Assembly (NCBI GenBank): GCA_011109175.1
Contig: RDEW01000052.1
Location: 248,001 to 312,000 of the forward strand
Length of the DNA: 64,000 nucleotides
DNA from: Dicyema japonicum
Taxonomy: Eukaryota > Animalia > Dicyemida
Direction of reading: 5' to 3'
Part shown: positions 38,300 to 52,939 of the stretch, piece after piece
How positions within the stretch are numbered: position 1 is the first letter of the stretch
Layout of the letters: every line of letters starts with the position of its first letter
The notes under the pieces: generated by a model
What the model saw: the letters and a program-made list of their open reading frames with translations, nothing else
Databases searched by the model: none
Told to the model about the DNA's origin: nothing
Translations under genes and position numbers: made by a program

Positions 38300-40700
38300 A
38301 TCATTTAGTAGAAGCTTTCGACAACTTTTAACAAATTATTTCTGTTTACTGTGTCAAAACAGGAGAAAGATCAATTTCTAGTACATGAATATTAGTTTTA
38401 TACATCTGGAACATGGCAATGAACACCTATGTGCCCATACTACATCTGTGTAGATCTTCCAGTTCGAAATCCACTCTGGTTTGGAGAAATTCTCTCAATT
38501 TTGTTCAGAATATTGAAAAATAAAATTTCGCGTAATTTAGAATAATTGTGTGTGTTGTTTAGAGAATCTTTGTCTGATTTCTGTACCAGGATTACGGTTG
38601 CTTCTAGAAAAAATGGTTTGTTCAGTCTAACTATTTCAGTATGAATATACCTCAGTTGGTCCATATTTTAATAATTATGCGTGTATCTCTTCAGGGCATG
38701 CTGATTTGCCCGAATATTTGTTTAGCTATGAGGTTTCCTCTGCTGTTACTTGTTTTAGAAGAATAGCCTTTGATCATAAACTGATTCTCAACTTCCTGAA
38801 CGATGAACAGTTTTCTGAAATGTAAGACACAATATCTGCTTTATTTAATACTATTCTTTTTTCTCGGTCGATAACCGTAGTGACCCTGGAAGGGTTGTTT
38901 AAGATTAGTAGACGTACTACCTTGAACTTCCTTGTCTTGTCAAAAAACAAACACACAAGAAAAAGAAAAAAACAAAAAAGTGAAGATCATTCATTGGTTC
39001 TCCTTCTACGATTAGTTATAATAACTGTTCTTTACTTAAATAAAGTGTGTGTTCTGCACGAGCGAAATTCTAGGCATCTTACGTGCTTTTGGCAACGCGG
39101 AAGTGCTTAATTATTATTATTAGAGTAACCGATTTCCGATTTTAGCTTTTTGACTTGCTAGAGTTGATTGTGTTTTCTGCTTTTAGGTGCAGTTTTTTAG
39201 TTGAGTAGATAGTTTATTGATTTCATGATAGTGTCTGCTTGGTCAGAGGGTTAGAATAACATTCCTAGTAGTGTTCTTGGTAATATTCTTAGTTTCTGTC
39301 CACAGTACTGTCAGTGTTATTTCTTCAAGGCTACGCTTTAAGTTAACAGTTAATGAAGTCATATACAGTTTCCGTGTGGCATGTTGGTACATTAACTTTT
39401 CAGCAGAGAATCTTTATATGGGGGCGTTCTCTTAGTCCTCCCATCAACTCTGAGTAGATCCTATTATAGCTTATGTTTCTTTTGCATCTCCGTTGAGTCC
39501 GTCCACGTTGAATAAGCAGAGTTAAAGGTGTGGATCTTCGACAGACCGATAAAGACATGAAAGGGACGTCATCACCTCAACCTGACTTTTTTGGAATAAA
39601 AATGTCAACTAATTAACTTTAAGTCATGGGATTAACATAAATGAGCAAAGTGACTAATATGACTACACTAATTACATTTAACAGTAATAGTTATTCAAAG
39701 TGATCTTTACAGAATTTAATAATGTCAGGTTACATTTACAGACTTTGTGGATGAGGTTTTAATTGCAAGCCAACGGTAAAGACTAAGGTCATTTTATTGA
39801 CAATAAATTTGAAATTTTGACGTAAATTGATTTTATTATTAAAGCAACGTGCATAAATCCATAATATACACTGTTTTACGCATTCGGAGTTAAAACCATC
39901 AAACTAATTGGTTATACCTTCCGCGATCCTAATCAACCTATCGCAAGTTTTCAAAATGTTCTCCACATTTCATTTTTACGTACTTCAGATCAGCATCAAG
40001 TATCCCAGGAATTGTAACTCATGGACGTCTACAGAAACGTGATCCAGTCTCAACTAAGTACTACCCGTCGCTACATTAGCTTGGGTTTCCATTCTCAATT
40101 TATGTTCGTAGAGACTCGTCTTTGGAATAATTTTTTTATTGGCACAGGGAGTCTATATTTTAGAAACTCTAGGTTGACATTGTCTGGTCCACGGGATCGA
40201 TAATTTTTTAATTGCCATGACTCCCTCAAAATTAATTCAAATTTTTGGCTGCATGACGCCATGTTGTGCTATGTGGCTAGGTGGCCATAAATTGTTTTCC
40301 TTCCTTCCGATGGCGTAATTGGATCCACCTTACCGAGGAGACGCCGAATGCATGGTCGGCATCAAGAGGATCCAATTCTTCTTCCCTGGGGGACAACGTC
40401 GTTACCCGGAGAGAAGTTCTGGAATACTGGAACGAGTCAGTATCAAGGAGTTAGTTAGTTTGTAACCTTGGGCCTTTGGAATAATTAAATTGATTTTTCT
40501 CTTGTATGTTAATTTTTTCTTCTATTTTAAATAGACGTTCGTTTAGACCCAATCGAGCACTCGCCTTATCCAAGGTATTTTCTAGAAGTAGTTTTATCTC
40601 CTTTTGTTCTTATATAGTTGTAGTACATCGAGGCTAGTTTTGTCTTTGTTAAGTGCTGGAATTGGGTTCTCTCATCAGTAGTAGAGTAAATTCAATCTTA
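38300..40700 (-). mobile_element. Decayed APE-RT LINE
   Basis: SRGPDNVNLEFLKY and ISPNQSGFRTGRST remnants; many stops. Confidence 0.6.
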
Positions 40701-41616
40701 AACGACAGTCTAAATCCATTCAAAGGAAGTTTTTCAATTCTGCCATATTCTTTATGGAAATTTGATAATTTTCTCTCCTCTGTGCGCATAGCTGTTCAGT
40801 CTTGTATCTTATGGCATCCGTCACGGATTTTCTTCGTTGCAGAGTTTTCATGAGAAAATAAGAGTGACTATTTTATGCTCACTGTCAGTCTCTGATTCTC
40901 CATAGGATCTCAAAGACAGTAGGAGCCACTGATCTCTATGAGCGGCATATGGTTAGTCTATTTGATTAAAGATCCGGAATATTTCAACATGGCAGAAATT
41001 CTCTTCCTGTCCACGTAGTTTTATGACGATGGAGAGCTGAAATCAAGTTTTGCATCAAAAAAGACTAAATGCATGGCAGAAATTGGACACTTTCGATCCT
41101 TGGAAGCCTCTGATTCCTCTTTCGTGCGAAAGGCTTCATCTCCTTTTCGGACTTATACCTTCGCATTTCATCTAGTGATGTAGGAAAAAGAAGAACTGAG
41201 CAAAAGTAGAGAGACCCCAATATTAAATATAACAAGTAAGAATCGAACCCACTAATGCTTATTATAACCACTAACCTATCATTATTGTTATTTAAAGACA
41301 AAAAATCATTAAATTAAAGAAAAAACGTAGTTTATTCGGCCAATCTGAATGATCATTGCATCTTCGCTCGATGCTCTCACGCGATCACGTCTACTTCGCT
41401 TGACCCGCGCTAGAAGAAAGCGTTCACGTGATGTGAACTACCCGCACGTTCTTTTCACTAGAGTTTTGAAAAAGGTAGTGTCTATGAAAACATAAAAGTT
41501 CCGATTACATAGAATTGCAAGGTTTATCTTAGAATGTAATATTTTTTAATTTAATAGTTTTTAAATATATTATTAATTATATTTAAAACACATAATTAAT
41601 TAGAATAGATCGTGTC

Positions 41617-42156
41617 ATGTCTATTAATGAAGATAAAAATGATGTGAATAACCAAAATAATGATAACCCAACCATTCTATCTAGAATAAAGAGTGCCAAA
41701 CACTTTCAAAGTCAGCTCTTCCTCATTCAAGTCGCCCAAATTGTAATAAATCGCATAAAATTAAGGTGATTGACATCATTGTTATCATCTGTGCCTCATC
41801 AAACTTCGGGTTCGCACTTAGTGGGGGAGTATTTGTCAACTTTGTGGCCTCATCATCTGCAGTACTCATAACCATCCAATTTTTTTTATATTTCACAACT
41901 CTCAACCAGAAAATCGACCATAGAAGGTTCACAATTGGAGAATTGGGAGGAAATATTTTGTTTTGTGGCCTATATTTTATTGCTGCTATTATTGCTGGCG
42001 CCAACTCTAACACAAGGTATAATGGGGCTTCTCCGGGGGGTATTATCGCCACCACAGTTTGTGATGTTGTTATTATAGGTGTTCTGTTGTGTTGCTTTAG
42101 TCCTGAGGGGTTTTTTGACTGTTAGACTCCTCATGTCATTCAGAATCAGTAGTTGA
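41617..42156 (+). CDS. MARVEL-domain four-TM protein (CMTM/plasmolipin/MAL-like), 3 exons, 164 aa
   Basis: Introns 41743-41765 (23 nt) and 42057-42078 (22 nt); 540-45 = 495 nt, open. Four hydrophobic helices: FLIQVAQI-VIDIIVIICAS, FVNFVASSSAVLITIQFFLYF, NILFCGLYFIAAIIAGA, IIATTVFCCVALVL. Confidence 0.88.
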
Positions 42157-43839
42157 TTTATTTTTTAATTAATATTTGGTTTATCTTTCGTTTTATGATT
42201 GGTCACAGTGCATTTATTGAGTCTCTCCTTGTCTATCGGAGAGGTTGGTGTAGTTAGCCACTATTCTATCGGATTGGTATTTCTGAGTGCTTATATCCTA
42301 AGAGATTATACTCTAAATATTTGTTGTACAAAATAATTGGAATTATTAGGATTTATTCTTATGTTCTCCGTCCGACTTTGTCGTGGGCAGGAAATCTCAG
42401 GATTGATTTGTGTGTGCAACTGCCTTATGGTTGTAGAGAATATGTGACAATTCAAAATCCCCAATAATGTGTAATTTGATGTTATTATCTTAATTGATCC
42501 TGACTATTGATTTTTGCTATTTAATTAATGCTTTGTTGACAGTCGGAAGAGGAGGGACGGTCGTTGAGTGGAGTAGGGAAGATTATGAGAAAGTGCACTG
42601 TCAATCATGGTTAACTATTTCCTTAAACAATAAACTTACACAAATCCCTTTACAAAAGCAGATAATTAGATTATAATATCAAAATAGCTTATTTATCATT
42701 TCTGAGAATTTAGATATGAACAAATGCGAGATAATGAACTGTTTATGCATTATGGTTATTGGGTCATTAAGCAGATTGCTTCCGCTTAGTCATAGTCGCC
42801 TTCTGAGTGGATGAAAGGATAGGTTGCGGGCTATATTGAAATTCTGGAGAATGGAGATGGTCTCCACAGCACGTGTGGGTTGAATTGTCCGCAGCAATAT
42901 CTACTGTCTCTAGGTTGGTGGGGCATGAATTGTTAGTAATGTCTATACTTATGTTCCCGAATAAAGATTAATGTGTAATTAAGCAGATGACGTAGTTAAG
43001 TTGGCCTTTATGGTTTTAGTTATAAAATTAAGGTATTTGAAAGAAGAGTCACACTTCGCCTTTGTTCTTCACCTCTTTAAGAACTTGATAAATTCCGGAG
43101 ACTTAACCTCAAAACATTCCCCTGAATTCACTGGACAATCTCATGATAACACGAAGAATGTGCTAACTTTGAAATATTTGCATCTAAAACAAGCAAACCC
43201 TTGACTATTGATAATCATCATTTTCTTAATAGCACTTACTTGTGGTTAATGCAAAACGTTAAATGACTACAACGTAATCTCATCAAATGTAATACGTATA
43301 ATATGCTCTTATTACATCATTCGCCCTCTTTTGACCATATAGTCAACTATTTATATAAATTATCTACGAGGTCAAAATCCTAAAATGATCTGGAACTAGA
43401 TTACATCTTTCAAGAGATATACCGCCAAACACAGTCAAACCGCACAAGACGTACCTGACAACCAATTCAACACGAAAACCTATTTTTTCTACAGTATGTA
43501 GTTTGTATTTTTGCTTAAGAGTAATCGTCTTGATATCATTTTCTTTAAATTTTACTAATTATTAAAATGATTAAAAATAAAGATATTTTTGAATTTATTA
43601 ACTTATCAATATATTTCATCGAAAACAATTAATTGGTCTATGTTTGCCCAATAAGATTTCAAATAAGTTATATTCTGTGGCACAAGCGAGGCCAATAAGC
43701 ATCGACATTTTAAATCAAGATGGAGACTGTTTGTGCACGTGCTTTTTTCCAAAACTGATATCTTTTGCTAATTTATGTAAGTGCTATTTGCTATTTTTAT
43801 TTATAATCAAGTAAAATAATAAGAAAATTATATTCAACA

Positions 43840-44073
43840 GGCGTCTATTATTCTTGTTTGTTAATGGATATAAGATCAAGATCACAGAAAGTACATATTT
43901 ATGCCAAGAAACATTCTGATTTCATAGTCAACTTAACGGGGAACTATTTTATTCAAAAAATTATATTTTAATTGACTGTGTTACAAAAATTTTCTGTTAA
44001 CACACATCGTAGAACTGTGAATCATCTAAAGGGAAATACTATTTTATATTTTTTGGAAAGCATGTGTTAGATT
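43840..44073. repeat. Left arm of a ~234-bp direct repeat flanking an RTE (right arm 45534-45766)
   Basis: GGCGT(C/T)TATTATTCTTG ... CATGTGTT(A/T)GATT lies on both sides of 44074-45533. Confidence 0.85.
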
Positions 44074-45533
44074 TTGGTGAGGTTTCTTCTCTGTACAACA
44101 ATTAAGAAAAATGTCTGAAAAACACTTATTATACAATCGAGAACTCAGGCTAATGACGTTCAACGTACGTGGAATATCGAAAGATTGGACAAGGAAAGTA
44201 CTTTGTGACGATCTCGAGAAATACAAAATATCTATTGGCTACAAAAGACGAAAATCGAAAATGGATGCGATGAGAAATGGAACAACTGCCGACTGATTCT
44301 CTTCCCAACTAAATGCTAGCACTACGGCATGGGATTTGCCTTACACGTGGATTATCTCAAAAAATTACATCTCTATTGGAGAGTCAACAACCGAATATGT
44401 GTCCTACAAGTCAAACTAAATGATCTATGCCCGTCCAAGAGTGTTTATCACCACAATGTGGACGAGTAATCAAGAACCCTGGTGAGCTCGAGGGATTCTA
44501 CTCAGAACTATCAAGCACATACTCTAATAATTCTTCCTTGTCCCTTGTCTTTATTGAGGAAGATATGTATGCAAAAGCCGGAATGCGAATGGGGCCCGAA
44601 GAATCCTCTATTAAAAGACACGGGTACGAAAGGAAAAAGCATCTGGTGAACTTCCGCGAAGCAAATAGCCTTTTCCTGTGCAACACGGCCTTCACGCACT
44701 TAGCTTGCCACAAGACAACGTGGCATGGACAAAGAAAAAACTCTGTCGGGGAGACCATGAATATATAATCAAATCGACTACATTATCTACCGAAAGTCTG
44801 ATAAACACCTGCTAAATGATGCACGTTCCTACCAGGGGACAACAACTGACAGCGGCCACAGGATCGTCATTGCAAAATTTTTTGTAAAAAAGCACCTGAC
44901 TGTGAAAATTACATTGAAAACATGAAGAAGGTGAGACAAAGACACAATATATACTTTCAAACAGAAAAAAATGTGGTTAGAGCTTACTTGTAGAGCTAAA
45001 TATCACGAATAAATCGAGACTCTAATGGAGAAACCGCACCGGAATCATCAGTACGAACTCTGTGGGATCAAACAAAGCAGGTAATCCCCAAGTTGGCCAA
45101 TATATGCCTTGGACTCCGGAGTCATCACGCCCTAAAATTGAATCACCACCCAAACGTGTCAGATATGGCAAAGCATTGCAGAGAGCTACGGCTAAAAGCG
45201 GCAAACACGTCAGAAAAGAGTAAAAACGAGCTTAATATCCAACAAAGGTTACTAAAATGGAGAATCAAAAAGATGAACAGAAAACACTCACGGGAAATTA
45301 TTACATCACTATTAAAAATGTTGAATGCCTAAAGGACACTTCCGACTGCCTTAAAATAAAACTTAAATCATGTGAGAAAAAATATAAAGACGGGGGACGA
45401 CCTGGGCGAATTAAGATCACTCGCATTCGACAGAGGAAAATGGAAAAGACTTACTATAAATATTGTTTCTTTCGAGTGTTGCACATGGGCTATAGACATT
45501 ATGGCTCTCGTGGAAATGCCATAATAATAATAA
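44074..45533 (+). mobile_element. RTE element with both termini, RT region deleted
   Basis: 5' GGTGAGG motif, MTFNVRGISK APE, CHKTTWHG, C-terminal DDLGELRSLAFDRGKWKRLT, (TAA)n tail. Confidence 0.85.
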
Positions 45534-46303
45534 GGCGTTTATTATTCTTGTTCATTAATGGATATAAGATCAAAATCACAGAAAGCACATATTTTTGTCA
45601 AGAAATATTCTGATTTCATAGTCAACTTAACGGGAAACTATGTAATTCAAAAATTTCTATTTTAATCGACTGTGTTACAAAAATTTTCTGTTAACACACA
45701 TCGTAAAACCGTGAATCATCTAAAGGGAAAAACTATTTTATATTTTTGGACAACATGTGTTTGATTAAAGATGAAATCACATTATGGAAATGTTAATGAA
45801 TTAATATCGGGATAAAGGCATCAGTTGTAAAAAACAAATGAAGAAAAGAATTATTTTTTCTATAATTTGACAACTAACTACCCTGGTTTTAATTAAATTG
45901 GGTAGTGTGCTAACCACAACAAAATATTACTCCTTGAATCTTCCTGAATAATTATAATTGTTTCAGAATCTAGCGCGACGAAATTATTGTAAACGGAAAA
46001 TCTTAGATTTCAGTCTCTGTTGAAAGAGTTATTTCGCTAATATCTAAGATTCACAAAAATATCGAAATTTTTAAACATATAATATTTATTACTCTTTGAT
46101 TTCATTCTATAATAAATAATTTTTAACCATTTGATGGGAAAATTAAAAAAAATGCTACATTACTTATTTTAAATTGCTATTTTACAGTTGCTTAATTATC
46201 TATCACCCGTAGAAATGGATCTAAATTTTAAGTAAATTTATATTTATGTATGAAATATAATATAAGCACTAATAGAATTAGTCAACAGAATTTTATTATA
46301 ATA

Positions 46304-47249
46304 TTAATGATTGAATACTTCAATCTGTAATGGATAATAACGTCTTATTTTATATTTTATTATGTAGGCCACAACAAATATTACAACAATTACACCTATT
46401 ACACAAATAGCTATTATATTTTGGTTTTCTAAATTTAACTCAATATTACTGATTGGATGAAACTTTATGGTACTTAAATAACTATGAGTAGTCATTGTCT
46501 TTAATTTTGTCTTTAAAGCAATTGAAGTTAATTTTTTGTTTTTAAATTCTACAAATTTCCTTTTAGAATAGTACTGTTTATGTAACTTTGAGTTGTAGTT
46601 GTCTTTATTTTTGTATTCAAATGGGGTGTTGATTTTAATCTGTTATTTCTTTTGAAATCACATCCGAGATCTAAATGTAGGCAATTATGTGTACCATTTC
46701 CAGTAAATAATGTAAAATTATCTGTTTTTAATATTTGCATTTTCATATCTTTTATTTTTATTTTTCCATATTCAGGAATATGTAAAACTACTTCTCTGCA
46801 GTTATAATAACCGTTAGATGAAATGTTTATATATTCAAGTCCATAACGAATATGATTGGAAATACATGATAATTCCCAAGAAACAGAACATATATTAGTT
46901 GATCTTAAATAATCAACCATTATTGAAAAATATATATATCATTTTTCTTCCATTTAAGGATAAAATCAAATCGGCCAAATTTTTCGAAATCAAAAATTGC
47001 GTCATTTAAATTTTCATATATTATCTTTATTAAATATAATGTGATTACAATATTATTAATTTTATATTCAATGTCAATTATTCCAATAAACAATGCTACA
47101 ATCCGATCATCCTCTAATGCACCCCACATTGGAACATTATTATACAACTTATTAAAGGTCTTAATATTCTTCATTAGTGATTTATTGATTACCATACAGA
47201 TATATATTACTATTATTAATTTATTTTGTAAACCTAGTAATTGGAGCAT
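46304..47249 (-). pseudogene. LAMP-like copy B, frameshifted
   Basis: Near-identical to copy A, but an extra TA in AAAAATATATATATCAT at about 46930 splits the ectodomain ORF. Confidence 0.8.
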
Positions 47250-48427
47250 CTTCACAGCAATTATTCTAATTATGAATTTAATTTTAATTTAAAATTATTA
47301 AACTTATTAATTTTTATTTAATACTGTCTCATTATAATGCTAATTCTTTGACAAAGTCGACAAGAGACTTATCAAGTTGCAGATCTATTATTAAATCTGA
47401 TTATTTCAAAAATACGTATTGTATTCAAGAGAACTAAACAAGAGAGGACCGTAATTTTTTGACAACAAAACAGTGGGGTTTCCACCCGAGAAGAACTGAT
47501 GCTTCACCATATAAACTAGGAGATTGTGAATGTCATAGATACTAGTAGGCAGGTACCCGCTAAGAAACTTTTTATCCGGAAGACAGTTTTTCGTCTAAAA
47601 AGGAGGAACAAATAAAAATGAGATTATGTTTATAATAGGAGTCCAACAAAGATCTGGTCTGATCCCAATTTTATTCGACGTATTCATTGTAAGTTTTTCA
47701 ATATAAAAAAAATTAATATTGGACTAATTATACATGCCGATGACGTCAAAGTTGTCGACACACTCTAAGGGATGAGTTTACGAGTATGTTGGTTCAAATG
47801 AAGAATGGCGCAATATGAAAGGATAAAGCTCTCTGATCACATGGAAGATTATTTGAAAATGTCAGAGCGATAAAAAAGAGGCTTATCAAGCTCTTCTGAG
47901 TGCTTGCAAGTTACTTGTAGATATGAACACTTTACTTTAATTTTCAGTAAATCAATATCGATTTGATTTTCTGAGTGCGAGATGAGACTTTTTCTTTAAA
48001 GAAAGAAAAAATTATATTTCTATTGGAGAAAATGAGAACGACAATAATGACAGCAATTGATAGCTTAATGAAGAACTAAATAAGTAATAAAATAAAAAAC
48101 TCATTTCTATTCATAGTATAATGCAGGAGAGGATAGATGCCAACAAAAAGAGGTCAAATATGCAAAACACATACAAAAAACCAATAGAACTAGCTGGATG
48201 GATGGAGGGTCTAGGGAGAAGTGTCAATTCACAAAAAGTAGCTCAACATGATTTTCTTTTATAACTTTAAAATTTTTTCCTAATAAAGTTATTTAATGCT
48301 CTTTTTAATAACGAAAGTAGAATGGTAAAGGTGTCGATTTATCTCTATTGCAAAGAGATCAATAATATTCATAATGTGAACTCTTGTTCTCTTTTTTTTG
48401 TGAATAAATGAACTTTTCTTATCACAT

Positions 48428-49905
48428 AAATAAAAAAAGTTAATATGTAGGTCAGCCATCATACGAAAGACTGCTATTCTACCCTATGTATTAACTCTCA
48501 TGATCTTTATCCAACTTTGAGTCAGACCTCATCTGGAGTGAAATCTTATAGTTGATCTCTTTGTTATTTTATCCTCGAAATAATTTTATGTTTTATATAT
48601 CGAAAATATTCTTTGGCCTTGAAGTGGTATGCCGATTGATCTTTGTGAAATTTCATTTTTTTATGTTGTTATCGTAGTGTCATGTGGCTCACCAGAAATG
48701 GTGTCACCCATTCCAAAAAGGAACGAAAAGAGCCAACAGCTTCTCCTCACCGTCCGGTGGTCCTTTCAACTCCTGTGTCTTCGACCCTATCAGTTGTCCC
48801 CATTTGTCCAGACTTCTGATTCGTTCATGTGGAAACGTCGAAACCAATCCTGGTCTATGGAGAGATTTTACAATTATACGACTGAATACGAATGGGATCA
48901 GGAAAAAAATCTTTGTCACTCCTCCGCGAAAATGAGGCTGACCTCGCTTTAATACAGGAGTCCAAGCTATCTCCCTCCATAACAACACCCTCTTTTCTCG
49001 GATACACAGTGATCCTTATCTCATTGACCTGATTATACTGAACAACCCGAACACACGTACTAGGACCCCATTAAGGATGACTGATAGCTGCACATCCCCC
49101 GACTTAACACTATGCTCACCTTCTCTGGCTAGACTCATTTCCTCGAACGTCTTTTACGGCTTCTCCAGTGTCCACAATCCAATCCTTCTAAAATTGAGAG
49201 GTCTTCAACGATACAGGAGACGGCCGGCAAAATCAAAAAGATTCAAGAATTATACGAAGGTTGACTGGTCAGGTTTCATTAACCTTGAATATAAATTCTT
49301 GCCCCGGAGATTATCCTCCCCAATACTTTCTATTGATGAGGCTGCAGAAATCATCAGCGCTGCCATTTAGAAAGCTGACTATATTTTTATTACTATATAC
49401 AAGATGTTTATTCTTACCCTCAGCTATTATACATTAAGTCTTATAAAACAAAGAGACAAAAGAAACAATCGAGCCAGCCTTTGAGTATGCCTCAGTTGCA
49501 TGGAGATTCGCGCTATCGGAGACTATGGTCCAAAGAGTCAACTCGATACACCAAAAAACAATCAGTATGCTTTGCCCACGTAATGGATCAACAGTCGACC
49601 CACTACTGATGGAAGCTAAGATCCGTAGTCGTGGTTACGGATTTCTTCACGTCTGTGAGGAAGATGGAAATCCGCTTCGCCTGATCCTTTCCATGGCAAG
49701 AGAAAAACGATTGGATAAGAAATTCCCTTCCCGATCGGATTCTTCTGAAAGATCGATAGAAGTCTCTTCCGGAAACTAGTGGGGACGATGGAAGATCACA
49801 GACGTCGAATGGCACAATTGATTGCGAGGACTGGAATCACCTAACTGTTTGACTCTTTTGTCTTTCTTTCTCGGTGTTCCGGGGATATTAAAATAAAATT
49901 AATAA
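48428..49905 (+). mobile_element. ingi-like LINE copy with internal deletions and possible ATCACAT TSD
   Basis: CGNVETNPGL; same 3' end as at about 25600; ATCACAT at 48421-48427 and just after the A-rich tail. Confidence 0.8.
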
Positions 49906-50089
49906 ATCACATGACCCCACTCCAATAGGAAGAGAGATGAGTAATAGACAAGCAAGCATAAAACTTTAACAAATTAACCACACAGCACCACATGAAGCCA
50001 CGCGGCTTATTAAAATATTTTAATAAATAAATAATAATAAATAATAATATGGTCGGGTACGAAGTGTGACGAGTTCCGTTGAAAGCTAA

Positions 50090-50893
50090 AAAGTCACGAA
50101 GCTTGGATTTACCTGTATTTACAAACAGTTACTTTTGGTGTCATTCAAAGTAGCATATGAAGTTAAGAAACCAAAAAAAAGTCACGAAGCTTGGATTTAC
50201 CTGTATTTACAAACAGTTACTTTTGGTGTCATTCAAAGTAGCATATGAAGTTAAGAAACCAAAGAAGCCACGTACTATTGCAAATACTCTTATTAAGCCG
50301 TGTGCATCGGAAATAGTAAAACAGTTCTCTCGAAAACTGCAGCAGATTTTTCTCATATAATTGTATTCGGGATTGAATTAATAGTATAGTGATGATATTT
50401 TAACAAAGTTGGTTCGGACATAAAGAATTCGTGCATCAAGAGTTCAATCCATTGGATGAATATATCGATGTTGATGGTTGTAGTCAACTAATTGGCTTTG
50501 TCGCTATATACAATAGCATTTAATTCTGTTTCTTTCTTGCAAACCTATCGAACCGGAATCCTCTGCAGAAAATGTTTTCCATATGATTTAGAATTTTTTT
50601 GATGAACATGATATTCCATAAGAAATTATCGGTCAATTTGCATGGACGGTGCTTCAGTTATGCTGGGAAACAGGTCGGAAACGCTATTAACCCTCAAAAC
50701 CATCTCAGAATTGCACTAGCAAAAAAAAACCACGTTTCAAGAATTTATTAAAACTAAAAGGAAGAAAAGTCACAAGGAACCTAACTAATCTTTTTGAATA
50801 AAATTCGAATTCAGTTAGATTTATAATCAAGGTGCGAGGTTAGTTTTTTTTTAATTTTTTGGGTGCGATTTCAAAAAGAATCGGTAATCGATG
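50090..50893 (+). mobile_element. hAT Charlie/Buster-type transposase remnant
   Basis: KKPRTIANTLIKPCASEIV, LDEYIDV, ICMDGASVMLG in broken frames. Confidence 0.75.
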
Positions 50894-50969
50894 CTTTAGA
50901 TATTCAGGACTATATTTTGAAAATGAAATGGTGGATATAAGAATTACATAGAAAAAGAATGGAACAAAT

Positions 50970-52150
50970 TTGTTCTCCACCGTAAAGTCTAACTACTTGA
51001 GAATTAGTCGTTTCAAAAGACACGATATCCAGTCTAACGCGCGTGGAGTGCTGAGAGTGCGCTTACTCAGCTACCTGAGTGTTACGATTGATCTTGAAGG
51101 CTCAGAATTAGTCGTTTCAAAAGACACGATATCCAGTCTAACGCGCGTGGAGTGCTGAGAGTGCGCTTACTCAGCTACCTGAGTGTTACGATTGATCTTG
51201 AAGGCTCATTTATGAAGGATGTCAAACTAAGAAGAAAAAGGGGTCTACAAACACTTCGATTTACTCGAAAACTTTCTGTTGGCAAAGATACTTTCTTGTT
51301 CATATTCTCGAGAATAATCCTGCCCAGCTTGATATACGGTTGTGAGGTGTAGTATCTGTCAACAAAGAAAGACAGGGTACTATCGTTATTGGAAAAGTCT
51401 AGAAAGGCTGCAAGAAAACTGGCGTTGGGGAAAAGGCTACACAATAACCTAAATATGGAGGATGAAATACTCTTCCTAATAAGAAATATAGTGTTGAACA
51501 GAATTAGTTGCTTTCGTGAGAGAACGCAAGTAATTGACAAGATGGGGGACGATAGAAGTTTCCAGGCCATAATAGCAGGACAATGATAAAACCATCTATA
51601 TAACTCCTAGTTCAGTTTATAATAAATTGATGTTATGTTACCAATTCGAAACTTTAACAACTTTGACAAACTTTATTAACAAGGAAAGTTTAAAAAGTCT
51701 ATTTTTCAAATATAATATTATTGAAGAGAGGAGTTTCACAAGGATCAATTTTGAGTCCTCTATTATTTAATATTCTAATGGCGGTTTTCCCGTCTCCGAG
51801 GTTACCAAGTTCGAGATTTCTGATATACGCTGTCAAATCGCTACTGTCTGATGTGTCGAGATCGAGTTTGATCCCAGAAAGGAGACTCAAGGTGCATATG
51901 GAAGAGATTAAAGACTGGTTACTGTCTCCAACGATTAAAACGTTCAGAAGAAAATCTAATGCAATGAGGTTTTTCGGTCAAAGTAGAAAAGGAAATCAGC
52001 AAGGATCCCTATGATGTATAAATATTGTGAGATCCCTGAAGTATCTCGGAACACCTATTGAGAAAACGGGAGTACATTATGTGACTTTAAAATCCGAAGG
52101 AAGAAAGCCCAGCATGCGTTATTGTGTGTGAGGAAAATGAGACTCGAAAC
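50970..52150 (+). mobile_element. Scrambled LINE RT fragments
   Basis: YLSVTIDLEGSF, ILPSLIYGCEV, RGVSQGSILSPLLFNI are present but out of normal order. Confidence 0.6.
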
Positions 52151-52939
52151 GGGCATATATTTATTTATTTATTTTATGTACGATCATTCTAACACTCCAT
52201 GGATGGTATTACACTGCATACACGAAGTGTTTATCTATCTTCTTTAAAAATCGATGAGAGCAAGGATCGACCAGAAGTTAGATCAAGATGAAATTTTTTA
52301 GTAATGTCGATCAGAGATGTGTTTGAGAAAAGGATTGAAAACTTCCTAAAAAAAGATGCTATCATTGAGAGATGTTGCAGCACAGAATAAACCATAAAAA
52401 GGGTCTTAGAATGTAGAAGAATGTCCGAGCTATGAAGGACTTGTGGTGAGAAACTTATTTAACTTCAACTTTTGACAGACTTTATAAAGAAAGAAAAATA
52501 AAGAGGGTATTAATTGGTTTCTCATCACAGGTCATACCATAGCTGCCAATAAAAGAAAGAAAAAAAATCTATGCCTGTTGTTAAAAATACTCCTGCATAG
52601 AGGATTAATACAATCAAAAAAGCCACTTCTGGAGAGGTTTTTAAGAAAAATAGTATAGACACAAATCACCGATAAGAATCGACATAGCATTTTGGTAAGA
52701 TAAACGGAATGTATGACTGTTGAACTCTCGGCTATCGACTAGATCATGGAAAGTATTAAATTTGTAAACCAATTATGTGGATTGAAATCCCTAAAGAACT
52801 TCAGAGTGACTGCATAATGTGGCGGGTTTTTCCGATTAGAGTTTAAAGAAAAATCAGCAAAAATCTAATTCGTCTCGAAGCAAAATATGACAGCATTGAA
52901 AAACTCCCTTTGAAGGGATTTAGACTGTTGTTTAAGATT

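Larger units (their letters stand above)
45400..49905 (+). repeat. Direct segmental duplicate of about 16657-25625, lacking the R4 insertion and most of the ingi RT
   Basis: Colinear: RTE tail, flank, LAMP-like gene, CR1 fragment, ingi 5' part, ingi 3' end. Confidence 0.9.

Noticed and set aside
41340-41470. U3 or other known snoRNA/snRNA
   Set aside because: Only weak box-like words (AATGATC, GAGCGAAG) without correct order or terminal stem. It is kept only as an unassigned island.
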